Below, piece after piece: positions 50,682-62,819 of a stretch of DNA of 64,000 bases; position 1 is the stretch's first letter; every line of letters begins with the position of its first letter. Below the pieces are notes generated by a model, which was not told the origin of the DNA, ran no database searches, and worked only from the letters and a program-made list of their open reading frames with translations. Both the position numbers and the translations under genes were made by a program. Location of the stretch: assembly GCA_043228905.1 (NCBI GenBank), contig JBHGNT010000015.1, positions 12,896,001 through 12,960,000 on the forward strand, in the 5' to 3' direction. This DNA comes from Azolla caroliniana. Its lineage: Eukaryota; Plantae; Polypodiophyta.

Positions 50682-52305
50682 ATGACTAGTCGGTCCAAGA
50701 CCTTCATAGACTTTGATGCGGATTGGGGTGAAACAATACCCTATGAAGGGAGGTATGGCATGAATCATTTCACAACTTTATATTGTGTATAAATAGTGAT
50801 GTTTGTGTGCTAACTTGAATGATGGTTTAGGGTTTTTGTAAGAAAGGGTGCTAGGTGCCCCAAATCCAACAATATGGATGTTGAAAACATCATTACTGAA
50901 GACTCGAACATGGATACGAACCCCATACATGACGTGGGGCCAGGTGTTGAAGATATCAGTGTAAATGGTCAGTTGATGTACATTCTTATAATCATTATTG
51001 AAGTAAGTATATATTGGGTTTTTCTAATGCAAATGTCACACCATTGTTGTACTGAACCCCATGTCCCTCTTCAAGGTGGGAAGAGACTTGACAGGTATCA
51101 AATGCCGCACATGTATAGTTGGAGATTCATGTAGAAAAGAGGTACGATAGTTTCGCAGAAAAGTTGATATGGAGGCTCACTTACATAAGGCACATGGCAT
51201 CCGTGTAGTACTGCCTCGGGGGCTAAAGATAGAAGAAGAAGAGCAATCGACCTCCATGAGGAGTACGGCCACGTCATTCTTTAGCCACTATGAAAGACAA
51301 CGATCAATAAAGCGTTTTTTGGATCCGGAGCTAAAGTACAACAGATCACGCCAATCACACATGAGGAAGTTGAGGACAAGAGCGATTAAGATCTTCAAAG
51401 CCACTCCGGACGCACTTCGAACATCCAAGGAGGCCGATTTCATTGCCCAATTCGTCAGCCAACAGATGGCCAGGTATGACGAGGGAAAGGAGCATAGGAT
51501 GGAAAAATTGAAGTTGAAGATTGCGGTTGTGTTTGAAGCTTATGTAAGTAAGGTTTATGATTATCTGTGCATCTTATGTGAGTCTAAATCTAGTGTGTGA
51601 ATCTTATGTATGAATTTTAGAGTAAGAATCATGGAATCCCCATGCCAGAAGATTACACACATGTCGAGATCGATGGTGGTCAAGACCAACTGTCAGAATC
51701 GACAACCCAACAACCAAGGAGGCCTAAAATCCAAATCCGCAAGGAAAAAGTGGACCCTAGTAAATTGTCGTTCATTACATCATTTGACACAGATGAGGGT
51801 GCAGACATTGGGATTGTCTTTGTTGGTCCTGAGACAATCACAAAAACATGGGATAACACAACAAGAAATAAGTTCACTAGGTATGTCGTTATGGTGGGGG
51901 CATGAGATCAATAGTTAACTTCATGTTTTTTTTGTAGTTACTAATCTGGCCTCATAAACAGGTTTCAGGTGGCTTGTCGACTATTAGATCTAGCGGTCTT
52001 TTTTACGGAGGTAGAACTATGTTCGTTGTGCATTGTAGGGGAGATGGCATCCACATGGATGATGACCCTCTTCCACTTATCCCAACCCAACCTAATGGGA
52101 TGGATTGTGGGTATTACATGATGCAAACCATTCAAATGTTGGTCGAGGAGTTCATTCAAGGATTTGAGTTCGATCAATTTGTAAGTATTTATGAGAATTG
52201 AATTTGGGCTTAGGTTGATGGCATCTTGTGGTGTAGGGTAAGGAGCAATGGTTTGGATTTGAAGACGTGCAGCTCCTTCGGAAAATCATGGCAAAATGGA
52301 TATGA
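50682..52305 (+). pseudogene. Degenerate intron-containing gene with a C2H2-like finger and a Ulp1 (C48) protease-like tail
   Basis: CRTC..FRRKVDMEAHLHKAH; PTQPNGMDCGYY; short GT-AG introns 51544-51620, 51881-51961 and 52181-52236. Confidence 0.6.
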
Positions 52306-52429
52306 AGGACTCTGGGCATAGGGTTATTTTAATCACTAGCATGTTGTACTTTGTAACATCAAACATATTATCTCGATTTACTATCTCATGCGGATTGCCA
52401 ACTTTTTTGTAATATCTGGTAAATAGTTG

Positions 52430-52625
52430 GATCTCATTTTGGTTGTATATGACTCAATTTGATGTACATTCTGGTTGTGAGTCTTATTGTGTGAATTTCA
52501 TTCTAGTTGTATATGACTCAATTTGATGTTCATTCTGGTTGTATATGACTCAATTTGATGTTCATTCTGGTTGTGCGTCATATTATTTGAATCTCATTCT
52601 GGTTATATATGACTCAATTTGACGC
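52430..52625. repeat. Degenerate ~32-bp tandem repeats (ctggttgtatatgactcaatttgatg)
   Basis: Motif recurs at least four times. Confidence 0.75.
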
Positions 52626-53431
52626 AATGAGTTTTACCTCCAAACAAGAGCTGAACTTGCAAAAACGGAATGCATGCACTTTTGTTGGATGTGGAAAGCG
52701 ATTTGGATCTCATAAATACTTGTTGCAACATCGACGTGTTCATGTGTGGATGAAAGACCCTTGAAATGTCCATGGAATGGTTGCCAAATGACATTCAAAT
52801 GGAACTGGCCATGGGAAACAACAAATTAATTGAATCAAGTGCTTGCAAAAAATTACATGGTTCTTACACTGCTGAGTCAAGTGTCAAATTAATTTCATTG
52901 ACAGCCTACATAGGAAGATGGTCTCATGAGGAGTACAGCCACATCATTTTTCAGCGAATACGAAAGACAACGATCATTAAATCGTTTTTTGGATCCGGAG
53001 CTCAAGTACAACAGATCACGCTAATAACACATGAGGAAGTTGAGGACAAGAGCGATAAAGATCTTCAAAGCCACTCCGGACACACTTCGAACATGCGGAA
53101 AATTATGTTGTACTTTGTAACATCAAACATGTGGATTGGAAACTTTTTTGTAATATCAAATCAATATTTGAATCTCATTTTGGTTGTATATGACTCAATG
53201 TGGACTCTATCTGAAAATCATTTTGTAATATCAAATCAATATTTGAATCTCATTTTGAATCTCATTTTTGGTTGTATATTTGAATTGTATTTCTCTCCTA
53301 GGAATTGTTTTGGGTGTCAAAAGAATAAAACTAATAGCTTATTGACAAGTAGTCAAGGCAATGGTTTTTGAGAAAGGCCAAGAAAGAGTAAGTATATAGA
53401 AAGAGTGCTTCGGTCCTTGTTGTAAACAATA

Positions 53432-53752
53432 CAAAAGACATAACAAGATTCAATGTCAATCTTATTCAAAGACATAACAAGACTCAATGTCAATCTTCTT
53501 CAAAGACATAACAAGACTCAATGTCAATCTTCTTCAAAGACATAACAAGACTCAATGTGAATCTTATTCAAAAGGGAGCCCGACTGATTAATGTGGAGCC
53601 CGACTCATTCATGTTCATTAAAAAAGGGAGCCCTACTCATCAAAAAAGGGAGCCCAACTCTGGTAAAAAGGGAGCTCGACTCATTCATGTTCATTAAAAA
53701 AGGGAGCCCCACTCATTAATGTGGAGCCCGACTCATTAAAAAAGGGAGCCTA
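53432..53752. repeat. 34-bp tandem repeat (4 copies), then about 8 ggagcccgactc-type motifs, upstream of the MULE transposase
   Basis: caaagacataacaagactcaatgtcaatcttctt repeats; aaaagggagccc..ctc repeats. Confidence 0.85.
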
Positions 53753-54062
53753 ACACAGTAATAGGGAAGTGCCCAACTATGTGTAATGATGGCGTCTCAA
53801 CAGTCATATTAACAACTACAGTAAATTAATTCACCAAATTCAGTAGCATGCACTAAGAGTCTTCCCATCATTCCCAATTAACCCATTCCCTTCCTTAACA
53901 GTCTATTAATCACTTGCACTCATATCATTCATTCACTCTCATTCTCGATCATTAATCTACTCCATTCATGTGATTTATTTGAATTCATTCACTTGAATTC
54001 ATTTGATTTCATTCACTTCATTCACCTCAATCACTAGCATTCTTGATCATATTGTATTTGCT

Positions 54063-55673
54063 ATGGAGAGCACAATGCATCATGGTGTCTTCGCCATGTC
54101 GGAAGATGAATTGGAGGATACGTCATGGTCATCCAATGCATCCGAGGATGAATTGGAGGATCCTTTTGAGTCATCAGATTCCGATCGTGAGAATGAGGCG
54201 GTCGATCCCTTCATGTATTGTTCCCCCAGGTATTTTGCATTTTCAAGAGGTACGTATAATTTGATGATTAAAGATTTATTGGGACAAGTTAAGGTAACAT
54301 TGGAAACATTACGTGATGTCGCGAGGGGAGCACCTCTTTCACTTCATGCATGGAGGCGCATGAAGAGTCGTCTCATACTCGGGAATGAGAGTGCAATTTA
54401 CCTTAAAGCATCACCTAATCTTCAAGTCTTATACGTCGAGAAATGGAGGGAAGTAGTATTAGCGTCACATGGTGACACATCCCATCACACGTTTTCAAAG
54501 ACTCTTAAAGAGGTAAAACTAGTTTATGCGACTGATGTACGTGATTATGGCATCCCACCGGAGTACGTGAAAGCACTCATTACAAGTTGTGGTTGCCAAA
54601 CGGTATCGAAGGTCGTCTCGATAGAAGGTTTGGGATCAAGCATGGCCAAATATAACAAGACCCTACCCATAGAAGTGATCAAGGTAGAAACCCACCAATT
54701 AGATGATGCGCTCACGGATTTGCAAACCAAGTACCACACACATTTAAGGAAAGGAGTCAAGAAGGGTATGCGTGTGACTAGGTATAGTTGCCATCGTGCT
54801 GGGACATCTCGACTTGCGTCTAATTCCACTCGGCGACGCAGGTGCACACCCCGATGTGGGTGCACATTCCATGTGGACATTAGAATCAATGACGATTTTG
54901 ACATTGAGACACTTGCCATTTCCATATATGGACCTCATAGTGGTCATGTACCATGTAGTAGGTCAGATGTTTACCATTTGCCAGTACACCCCAATGTCAT
55001 AAGTTGTTGCAAAGATGACCTATTTGATGTTGGGTGTGCAAGGCATGTGGCATGAATGAGCATGCATAAGGAAGCATATCATAAGTCCAAGGCTAGTCCA
55101 TTAGAGCTTGTTACCTATCGGTTCTTTATGATACCAAAGGAGGTCCATAACATGGAAAATAGGTTAAAAATCGGGAGTGCCATGACTAAGGTTGATTGCG
55201 CTTTGATGATGCAAGATGCCTATGCACTCCGAGATCTTGGGAAAGTGGCTCATGTTCAACCCTACCTGCCTGGTGAACCAGGATCTCCCGCCATACAACC
55301 ATTTATCTTGATACTTCAAGATCAATGGATGTTGGAAATGTGTGAGTGGTTGACCCCTGTTGAGATATCAAGCTCAACTAGTTTAATCTAGTTAGTCAAC
55401 ACATGTAACTTAGTAGTTACCTAGATCGAATCTAGTTAATGTGTTGACCTTAAGCCTTTAAATAGGACCTTGTACTTAAGTGGGATATTCTAGATCCTCC
55501 ACTCCTTAGTACATTTAATGTAGGACTTACACATAAGTACCTATGTTCTACCCACACATGTGCACCTTTGCACATGGGTTGTATATATACCTCATTGTGG
55601 GTATTTTTGTATGTTGATGACACTTTTCAATATAGTCAATCATCCCCCATTTATCTTTGTGTTCAAGTGTAAC

Positions 55674-55711
<38 letters not shown>

Positions 55712-56385
55712 TCTCACACACTCTCACGTGCATATCATACTAATCTTCCGCTGCTTAACATAACCATATAATTAGTCTCTAATTAACCCTAGTTAATTAC
55801 CTAATTACTTAACAACCCCACACAACTCTTGGGTAATCGACTCGACATTTAAGACAAACCAATTCGGGCTACCATTATATGCAGCAGTTGCCCCCAACTC
55901 CATGGGAATTGGGATCCCATTATGGTACATGCTTTGTAGTTCTGATAAGGGGTCAAACCATGAGCAAGTGGCATTAGAAACTTGTTTGAGAGTCATATTC
56001 GCAAGGATGCCCACGGTGAGGCCAAATGAGATATTGATCGATAAATATTGGACATCATATAATGCCATAACTAATGTGGTTGCAACAGACCATCAATCTT
56101 GGATTGTTGTAAATGGGCAACGGTCCCAAACACATTGTCGACTTTTGTTGTGTTAGTTTCACGCCAAAAAGTCATGGGTGGACAACTTGTTGCCAAAAGT
56201 AAATGGATGTTGGAAATGTGTGAGTGGTTGACCCCAAACAACTCTTCGGTAATCGAATCGACATTTAAAACAAACCAATTCGGGCTACCATTATATGCAA
56301 CAGTTGCTCCCAACGCCATGGGAATTGGGATCCCATTATGGTACATGCTTTGTAGTTCTGATAAGGGTTCAAACCATGAGCAAGT
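54063..56385 (+). pseudogene. Mutator-like (MULE) transposase, interrupted
   Basis: YSCHRAG..CGC..HSGH zinc finger; IDSTFKTNQFGLPL, LIDK and LLC*FH motifs; in-frame stops at 55053 and 56154. Confidence 0.85.
55358..55814. repeat. Solo LTR inside the MULE transposase
   Basis: tgttg...taaca with TSD ACCCC; the empty site is preserved in the duplicate near 56230. Confidence 0.92.
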
Positions 56386-57924
56386 TGACGGGAACTCAAC
56401 GCTCCCTATACGCAACGCTCGGCCACAACCGAGCTTAGGATCATACACAGAAAACGGGAAATAAAACACGACAAAGAAGAAGAGGGAGATACACAGGAGG
56501 TTTACGTGGAAAACCCCAAACTAGGGGAAAAAACCACGGCAGCCCACAGGTTGCAAACTATCACTATGTAAGAATATACAAACAGTGAGTTCACGGAGGC
56601 AACGACCTCGTGCTCACGATCTTCGCCACAGGCGGCGGTTACAACAGAGGCAACGACCTCGTTCTCTCTCTCTCTCTCAACCTGTACACTTTTACACGCT
56701 CTCTCTTCTTGCACCAACAAGAAAATGACAACAACAACTAAAAGTTTGCCCTAAGTCATATTTATACTAATATGACTTTTCGGCTATTTACAAATATAGT
56801 CTCGATGGACTCTCAGAAACATATTTACGAATATGTCTCTTCATCCGGTTCTCACCGGGTCTATACCATCCGGCTCTCCGTAGCCGGGTACTCCTCATCT
56901 GGTTCATATAGGGTCTGCACCATCCGGCTCTCCGTAGCCGGGTATTCCTCATCCGGTTCATACCGGGTCTGCACCATTCGACTCTCCGTAGCCGGGTACT
57001 CCTCATACGGTTTCGGCCTCAGCCGAGATTGGTCGTCGGCACGGTTCTTCTCCCTTCCCATCCGGAGGGACCTGTCTCCCAACAAACTCCCCCTTCACTC
57101 CGGCATGGGGTGTCTTATCAGTCCGATCCGCTTCCGGCATGCATCCAGCTTGTCGGGTATCAGAACTTTGGTCAGCATATCTGACCCGTTCTCGGCGGTG
57201 TGGATCTTCATCAGCGCGAACTCCTGGTCATCTACTCTTTCCCGGATCCAGTGATATCTTTGCTAGATATGCTTCGTCCGAGAATGGTAGGCCGCATTCT
57301 TAGCAAGGTGGATGGCACTTTGACTATCACAATAGAGCCGGTATTCATCTTGCCGGATACCGAGCTCTCCGATGAAGTCCTTCATCCATAATATTTCCTT
57401 GTCGGCTTCCATAGTCGCCATGTACTCCGCCTCTGTGGTTGACAACACAATCGTCTTCTGCAACCTCGACTGCCATGAAACAACTCCCCCTGCTTATGTC
57501 ATTACATACCCGGATGTAGACCGGCTGGTATCCACATCAACCAACATGTCCGAATCGGTAAAACCGTCAAGTTGAGGTTTTCCGGAGCTGAATCAAAGAC
57601 ACATATTTGAAGTGCCCTTCAAGTACCAGAGTATCCATTTGACCGCGTTCCAGTGCTCCTTGCCGGGATTGCTCATGAACCGGCTCAGCACTCCGACTGC
57701 GTATCCTATATCCGGTCGGGTACAAACCATTGCGTACATCAAGCTCCCGACGGCAGAGGCATATGGAATCTTCATCATATCCGCCTTCTCTGCTTTCGTC
57801 TTCGGGCTTTGCTTACCAGATAGCTTGCAGTTTGCCGAAAGTGTCGATCCGACCGGTTTTGCTTCTGACATGTTGAACCGGTGAAGCACCTTTGTCACGT
57901 ACTTCTCCTATGATAGCCATAATT
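56386..57924 (-). mobile_element. Copia K 3' end (RT/RNase H, PPT, 3' LTR 56386-57084), G/J family
   Basis: PPT complement aactcccccttcac at 57085; 54-bp array (3 copies) in the LTR; YASAVGSLMYAM. Confidence 0.9.
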
Positions 57925-58024
57925 NNNNNNNNNNNNNNNNNNNNNNNNNNNNNNNNNNNNNNNNNNNNNNNNNNNNNNNNNNNNNNNNNNNNNNNNNNNN
58001 NNNNNNNNNNNNNNNNNNNNNNNN
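57925..58024. other. Assembly gap (100 N)
   Basis: Run of N. Confidence 1.
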
Positions 58025-61000
58025 AATGCCTATAAAAGGATCCGGGTATCGATGTATTTAGACGACGGAATATTAATATAAGAAAGTTTTGTTATTGTAT
58101 CTTGTGGATCTTTATGTTCCTATTCCGTTCTGCGCTGAATGTATGGATCTTACGTGTGTAATTGAGGTGTGTTTTGAATCCGGATACTGAACCGGAAGAT
58201 AATCGGTTATGGTTGTTAGTGCTGAATCCCTTACCATAACTACCCTTTGGTGAAGTGTTCCGAAGGGACACCTTGTGTTAGAGGCAAGTCCTGCCCAGGA
58301 GTAACACACTTGTGCGATAGTTTCAAGTCAGTTTCGACTTTAAGACCTTTGCATACATTTCCGACTTTACCTTGTTTGATTCGAGGATAAACATTTTGCC
58401 TTCTCGGCGACCGTGAGCGATGAGGCGGCCTTCTTTTTCGATGAAGCACCCTTCATCATTGAACCGAACTTGCATTCCTTGTTCGACAATCTGCCTTATC
58501 GAGACTAGGTTTTTAGTGATGGTTTGGACATGCAAGACATTTTTGAGGTAGGTTTGTTTTCCGTCGTTCCCGAATGGGACGTTTCCAATGTGCCGTATTG
58601 AATGAGTCGTGTCATCGCCTGTTTCGACATAACCGGGCCAATCGGGCTTTCGTAATTCTCGGAACCAATCTTCATGAGACGTCATATGATTGGACGCTCC
58701 CGCGTCAACAAACCACACATTATCCGAGGTTGAGGTGCTTGTCTCACCTTGTGTTGACATCGAATGCGCTTCGTGCCTCATCATAAACATTCCACCACGA
58801 TCATCATAGTCGGAATTCGAGCCGTAATTCGTAAGTTGTCGGCAGGTCGATGCCAATCTCACTTCTTCTTTCGGCACTCCTCTTCATAGTGGCCGAGTTT
58901 TCCACAGTACCCGCATTCGATCTGGTTGCTGCGATGGCTTGGTTCGGCAGGATGGCTCCCCCTTCTGCCGAAGTCCTTGGAATTGTTCCTATTGTCTTGC
59001 CATTGGTGGGAGTTGCATTCTCGGGTCGTCTGACCTTGCTGCCCTCAGCCGAATTGACCCACGACTGAATTGTCTTCTATCATCTGACTGTGAGTAAAGC
59101 ATATGATCATCCGGTGCATTGCTCTTGATGGCTCCCACTTCTGCCGAAGTCCTTGGAATTGTTCCTATTGTCTTGCCATTGGTGGGAGTTGCATGCTCGG
59201 GTCAACTGACCCTGCTGCCCTCAGCCGAATTGACCCACGACTGAATTGTCTTCTATCATCTGACTGTGAGTAAAGCATATGACCATCCGGTGCATTGCTC
59301 CTTTGTCGGGCATGGTTTTCTTCCATCAATAATATTGATCGAAGGTCGACAAAGGAAGTTGGGTTCTCCCTCGCGAGAATGGCTGACCTAATTGCACTAA
59401 AGCGCGGTGTCGGGCCTTTCGCTCCGGATCGTTTGCGTGAGTCGGGTGGGAACTGCTGGGGTTTTGGACTAGGAGAAAGAAGAATATGAGATAAGGTTCG
59501 TTATGAATAGATTGCAAGATGAAGATATGAAACTCGTGAATCCCACGAGTATAGTGTATTAATTGATACTTAGATTGTGCTTTTTCTAACTTTAGTTTTC
59601 ATGCACACTACATGTGCATGATTAGCTTTCTATCACATCTTTTCTTTTAACTCGAGTGTGTATGCATGAATAACTTTTTCTATCATGCTTATCTAGAATA
59701 TTTACATGTGATAAATAGCTTTAGAACTCATAATATGCTAGTATAGTGGTAAGGCTTAAAATCGTTAACATGGAGGTATAGGGTTCAAATCTTGCCCTAT
59801 GCATGTAACATAATTATTGTAGTATTTCTCCTATTTCTTTATACTTAGTCAATCGGGTACTCCACACATATTTTACGTAGTGTACAAAGTACACCAGGAC
59901 ACTCACCCCCTCCGAACCTACACATCCTCCGGTATGTGCCAAGGTTTCCGATTCTTGTTATTCGCCTTCATCCGTAGCACTCTCCGATTCTCCCCTTATG
60001 TCGATTATCAATTGTAGTCTACTTTCTTCGCTTTCCACATCACTGTGATCTTTGTCTGATTGCTCCTTGTTGTCGATCTTGTCTAAGCTTACTTAAGGTT
60101 CGTCGTCAGTCCGCTTCTTGAAAATCTTCACCCGTTTCCCCACTATAGGCACCCATAGTACTGTTCCATCCAACTCGCATAGTTAGTAAGTTCCATTGTC
60201 GAAAACTTTCCGAACCTCATATGGCCCAAACCACCTTTTAGTGAACTCCCGTATCGTTGTATGTTGATGATCCAAACTACTGTCATAGACAATCACCAAA
60301 TCTCCTTCTTCAATATTCCGTGGTCGTAGTCGATGCTTTGTGTCGAATCAACTTTTGTTCCGGAATCGCGCTTCCTGTTGTCGGCGTGTTGCTTCCACTA
60401 TGTCTTCCGGTCTTCCCTCTAGTTGTCGTATCTGAACCGCTAGTAGTTCTTCCGGGCTCATTTCTTCCTTCCACGGTAACACCGTCCATGTTGCAATTGC
60501 GGTTTCTGTCGGCATTACCGGTGCTTGTCTGGTCATAAGTTTGGCTGGCATATAACCGGTCACGGAACTATGCGTTGTGCGATCCACCCATTGTGCATAC
60601 AAAAGCATCTGTGGCCAATCCTTCACCCTTTCATCGCATGCTTTTGCAAGTGCTTTGACGATTGGACTATGTCCTTGTTTGATCTTCCCGTTGGCTTCTG
60701 GATTATATGCCGTGGTTATTGTTAACCGTACTCCATGTCTGATGAAGAATTCCCTAGCTTTATCATAGTCAAGTTCTCCCCGATCCGCAATCACTTGTCC
60801 TATGCACATGTACCTACAGAACACTTCTTCCAAGAGAAATTGGCATACTGCGGAACATGTTTTCCTTCGTAGTGCCCGTCCTTCTACTTGGTTTGTCAGA
60901 TCTTCCCGGGCTAACACCAAGTACTTCTTTTGCCCAATCCCGGTTGGCATGGACACAATGTCGACTATCCATTTGAAGTTGATTGTCGGTGAGAATGTCA

Positions 61001-62772
61001 GATGTAATTCATCTCGGTGTCGAACTTCGGAGTAGATTTGACATTTCTCGCAGCTTTCCGTGAACTCCGCTACATCTTTGTACATATTCTTCCACCAATA
61101 TTTTTGTTTGATCTTCGCAAATGTTGCCCATGTTCCCCGATGTCTAGCCCAATCAGATTCATGAAATTCGGACATTATCCGGTTTCATTGCTCTTTTGTT
61201 CCAACTACCCGTAGTGGTATGCCATCCGGTCTTTCCAGCTCCTTCTAGATTAATCCGTTGTTCAAGAAAAACTTCTGGACTTGCTGCTTCTTATTTCGGA
61301 TCTCGGCTCTCTTTTCTTTATTGTCCGATGATTCCTCGATTTCTTGTAGCACTTTCCCCATCAACAAGCTTTCTCCCTCGTATTCTTCTTCCCGAAATTC
61401 TTGGATTACGTTCACCCGGCATATAAAGTACTTTTCGGAAACTTCTTCATTATTGGATTTGGCTATGTCGTCTCCGAACCGTGCCCTTGATAGCATATCC
61501 GCTATCGCGTTGTCTTTTTCGGAGACGTGTCGTATCTCCGGATTAAGTGACTTTACATATGCAATCCATCTTAGCATAGCCACATCCGGTATTGTGCAAC
61601 ACCGCATCATCTCGAGTATCGGAAGACAATCCGTTTCGATCACTACTTCGGCTCCGATCAAGTAATCTTGATCTGATTTTATCGCCGACATGACTCCCCA
61701 TAATTCTCTTTTAACTTGTGGATATCCGTGTTGCCTTTTGTTAAGAACCTTTGCTCCGAATCGAATCGGATATCATGAACCATCCGAATCGGCTTGATTG
61801 ATGACCCATTCGATCCCGGTTGGACTTGTATCAACTGTTACTATAATCAGTCGGTCATAGTTCAACCCTCCATAGTGATTTCTTGAGCTTCTTCATGGCT
61901 TGTTGGAATTGGTCATACCCGGATTATAGGTCACCGATGGAGTATATCGGGCGACCAACAAATGCTTTTGCAAATTCGTCCACTCTCGGACCGACTCTGG
62001 AGTTCGGGATCGTGACCTTGTTCACCAGTTGCAAATCTTGAATAAACTGGAGTGACCCATTCTTCTTCGGAACCGTAAACCATCAATTTAAGTACAGTGT
62101 CGTGAAGATTCCGGGCCATGGTGAGAAACCGGGGGATATCGGAAGAATCGGCGGAGTGCACCATGTGCATTTACCCTTGTAAAACGTGTGAATAGTAGGA
62201 TTCAAGTCGGGATAGAGAATCCCATGTAAGTTGGGATTTATCCCACATTGTAACGCATCCCTCTCCTTGTTCTATAAAACGAAGGGATGATCCTTTGTAG
62301 ATGGGTTGCCCATTTTGACTTAGGAGGGTATACCACTTAGGTCTAGGGTTTGGTAGAGTTCTTCCTGTTCATCTTATTCTTGTTCCCTTAGGGTTTGTAG
62401 TTTGGTCTTCGCTCTACTTCGTTTAGGGTTTCGTCTTGTCTTCTTCTTCTTCTGCCCCTTCGTGTCTGTTTAGGGTTTTGCCCGGTGAAGAACTTGTATG
62501 TTCTGTGGGGGTTAACTTCGACTCGGCCTCCTGTGCAAGACCCCGCTCGGCACGACGAGCCCGAAAGCTCCCCCAACGGCGGCTTGGCAGCAGACTGTTG
62601 TTGCAACATAACCTACCTTGGTCCGGCTCGAAGCCGGGGATGTATTCTTTCCCTTGTAATATACATACTCGTATCTGTTTGTGCATATTGGTGTATTTGG
62701 TGGTGTCGGAAACACAACCCCTTGCTTCCTGTGCATAAGTGTCGGTGTCGCACGCATGCTCTCCCTCTCCTT

Positions 62773-62819
<47 letters not shown>

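Noticed and set aside
52766-53371. 201-aa ORF as a host gene
   Set aside because: It is an off-frame reading of duplicated fragments and AT-rich repeats.
53570-53752. CRISPR-like repeat-spacer pattern
   Set aside because: The spacers are short, irregular and themselves repeated.
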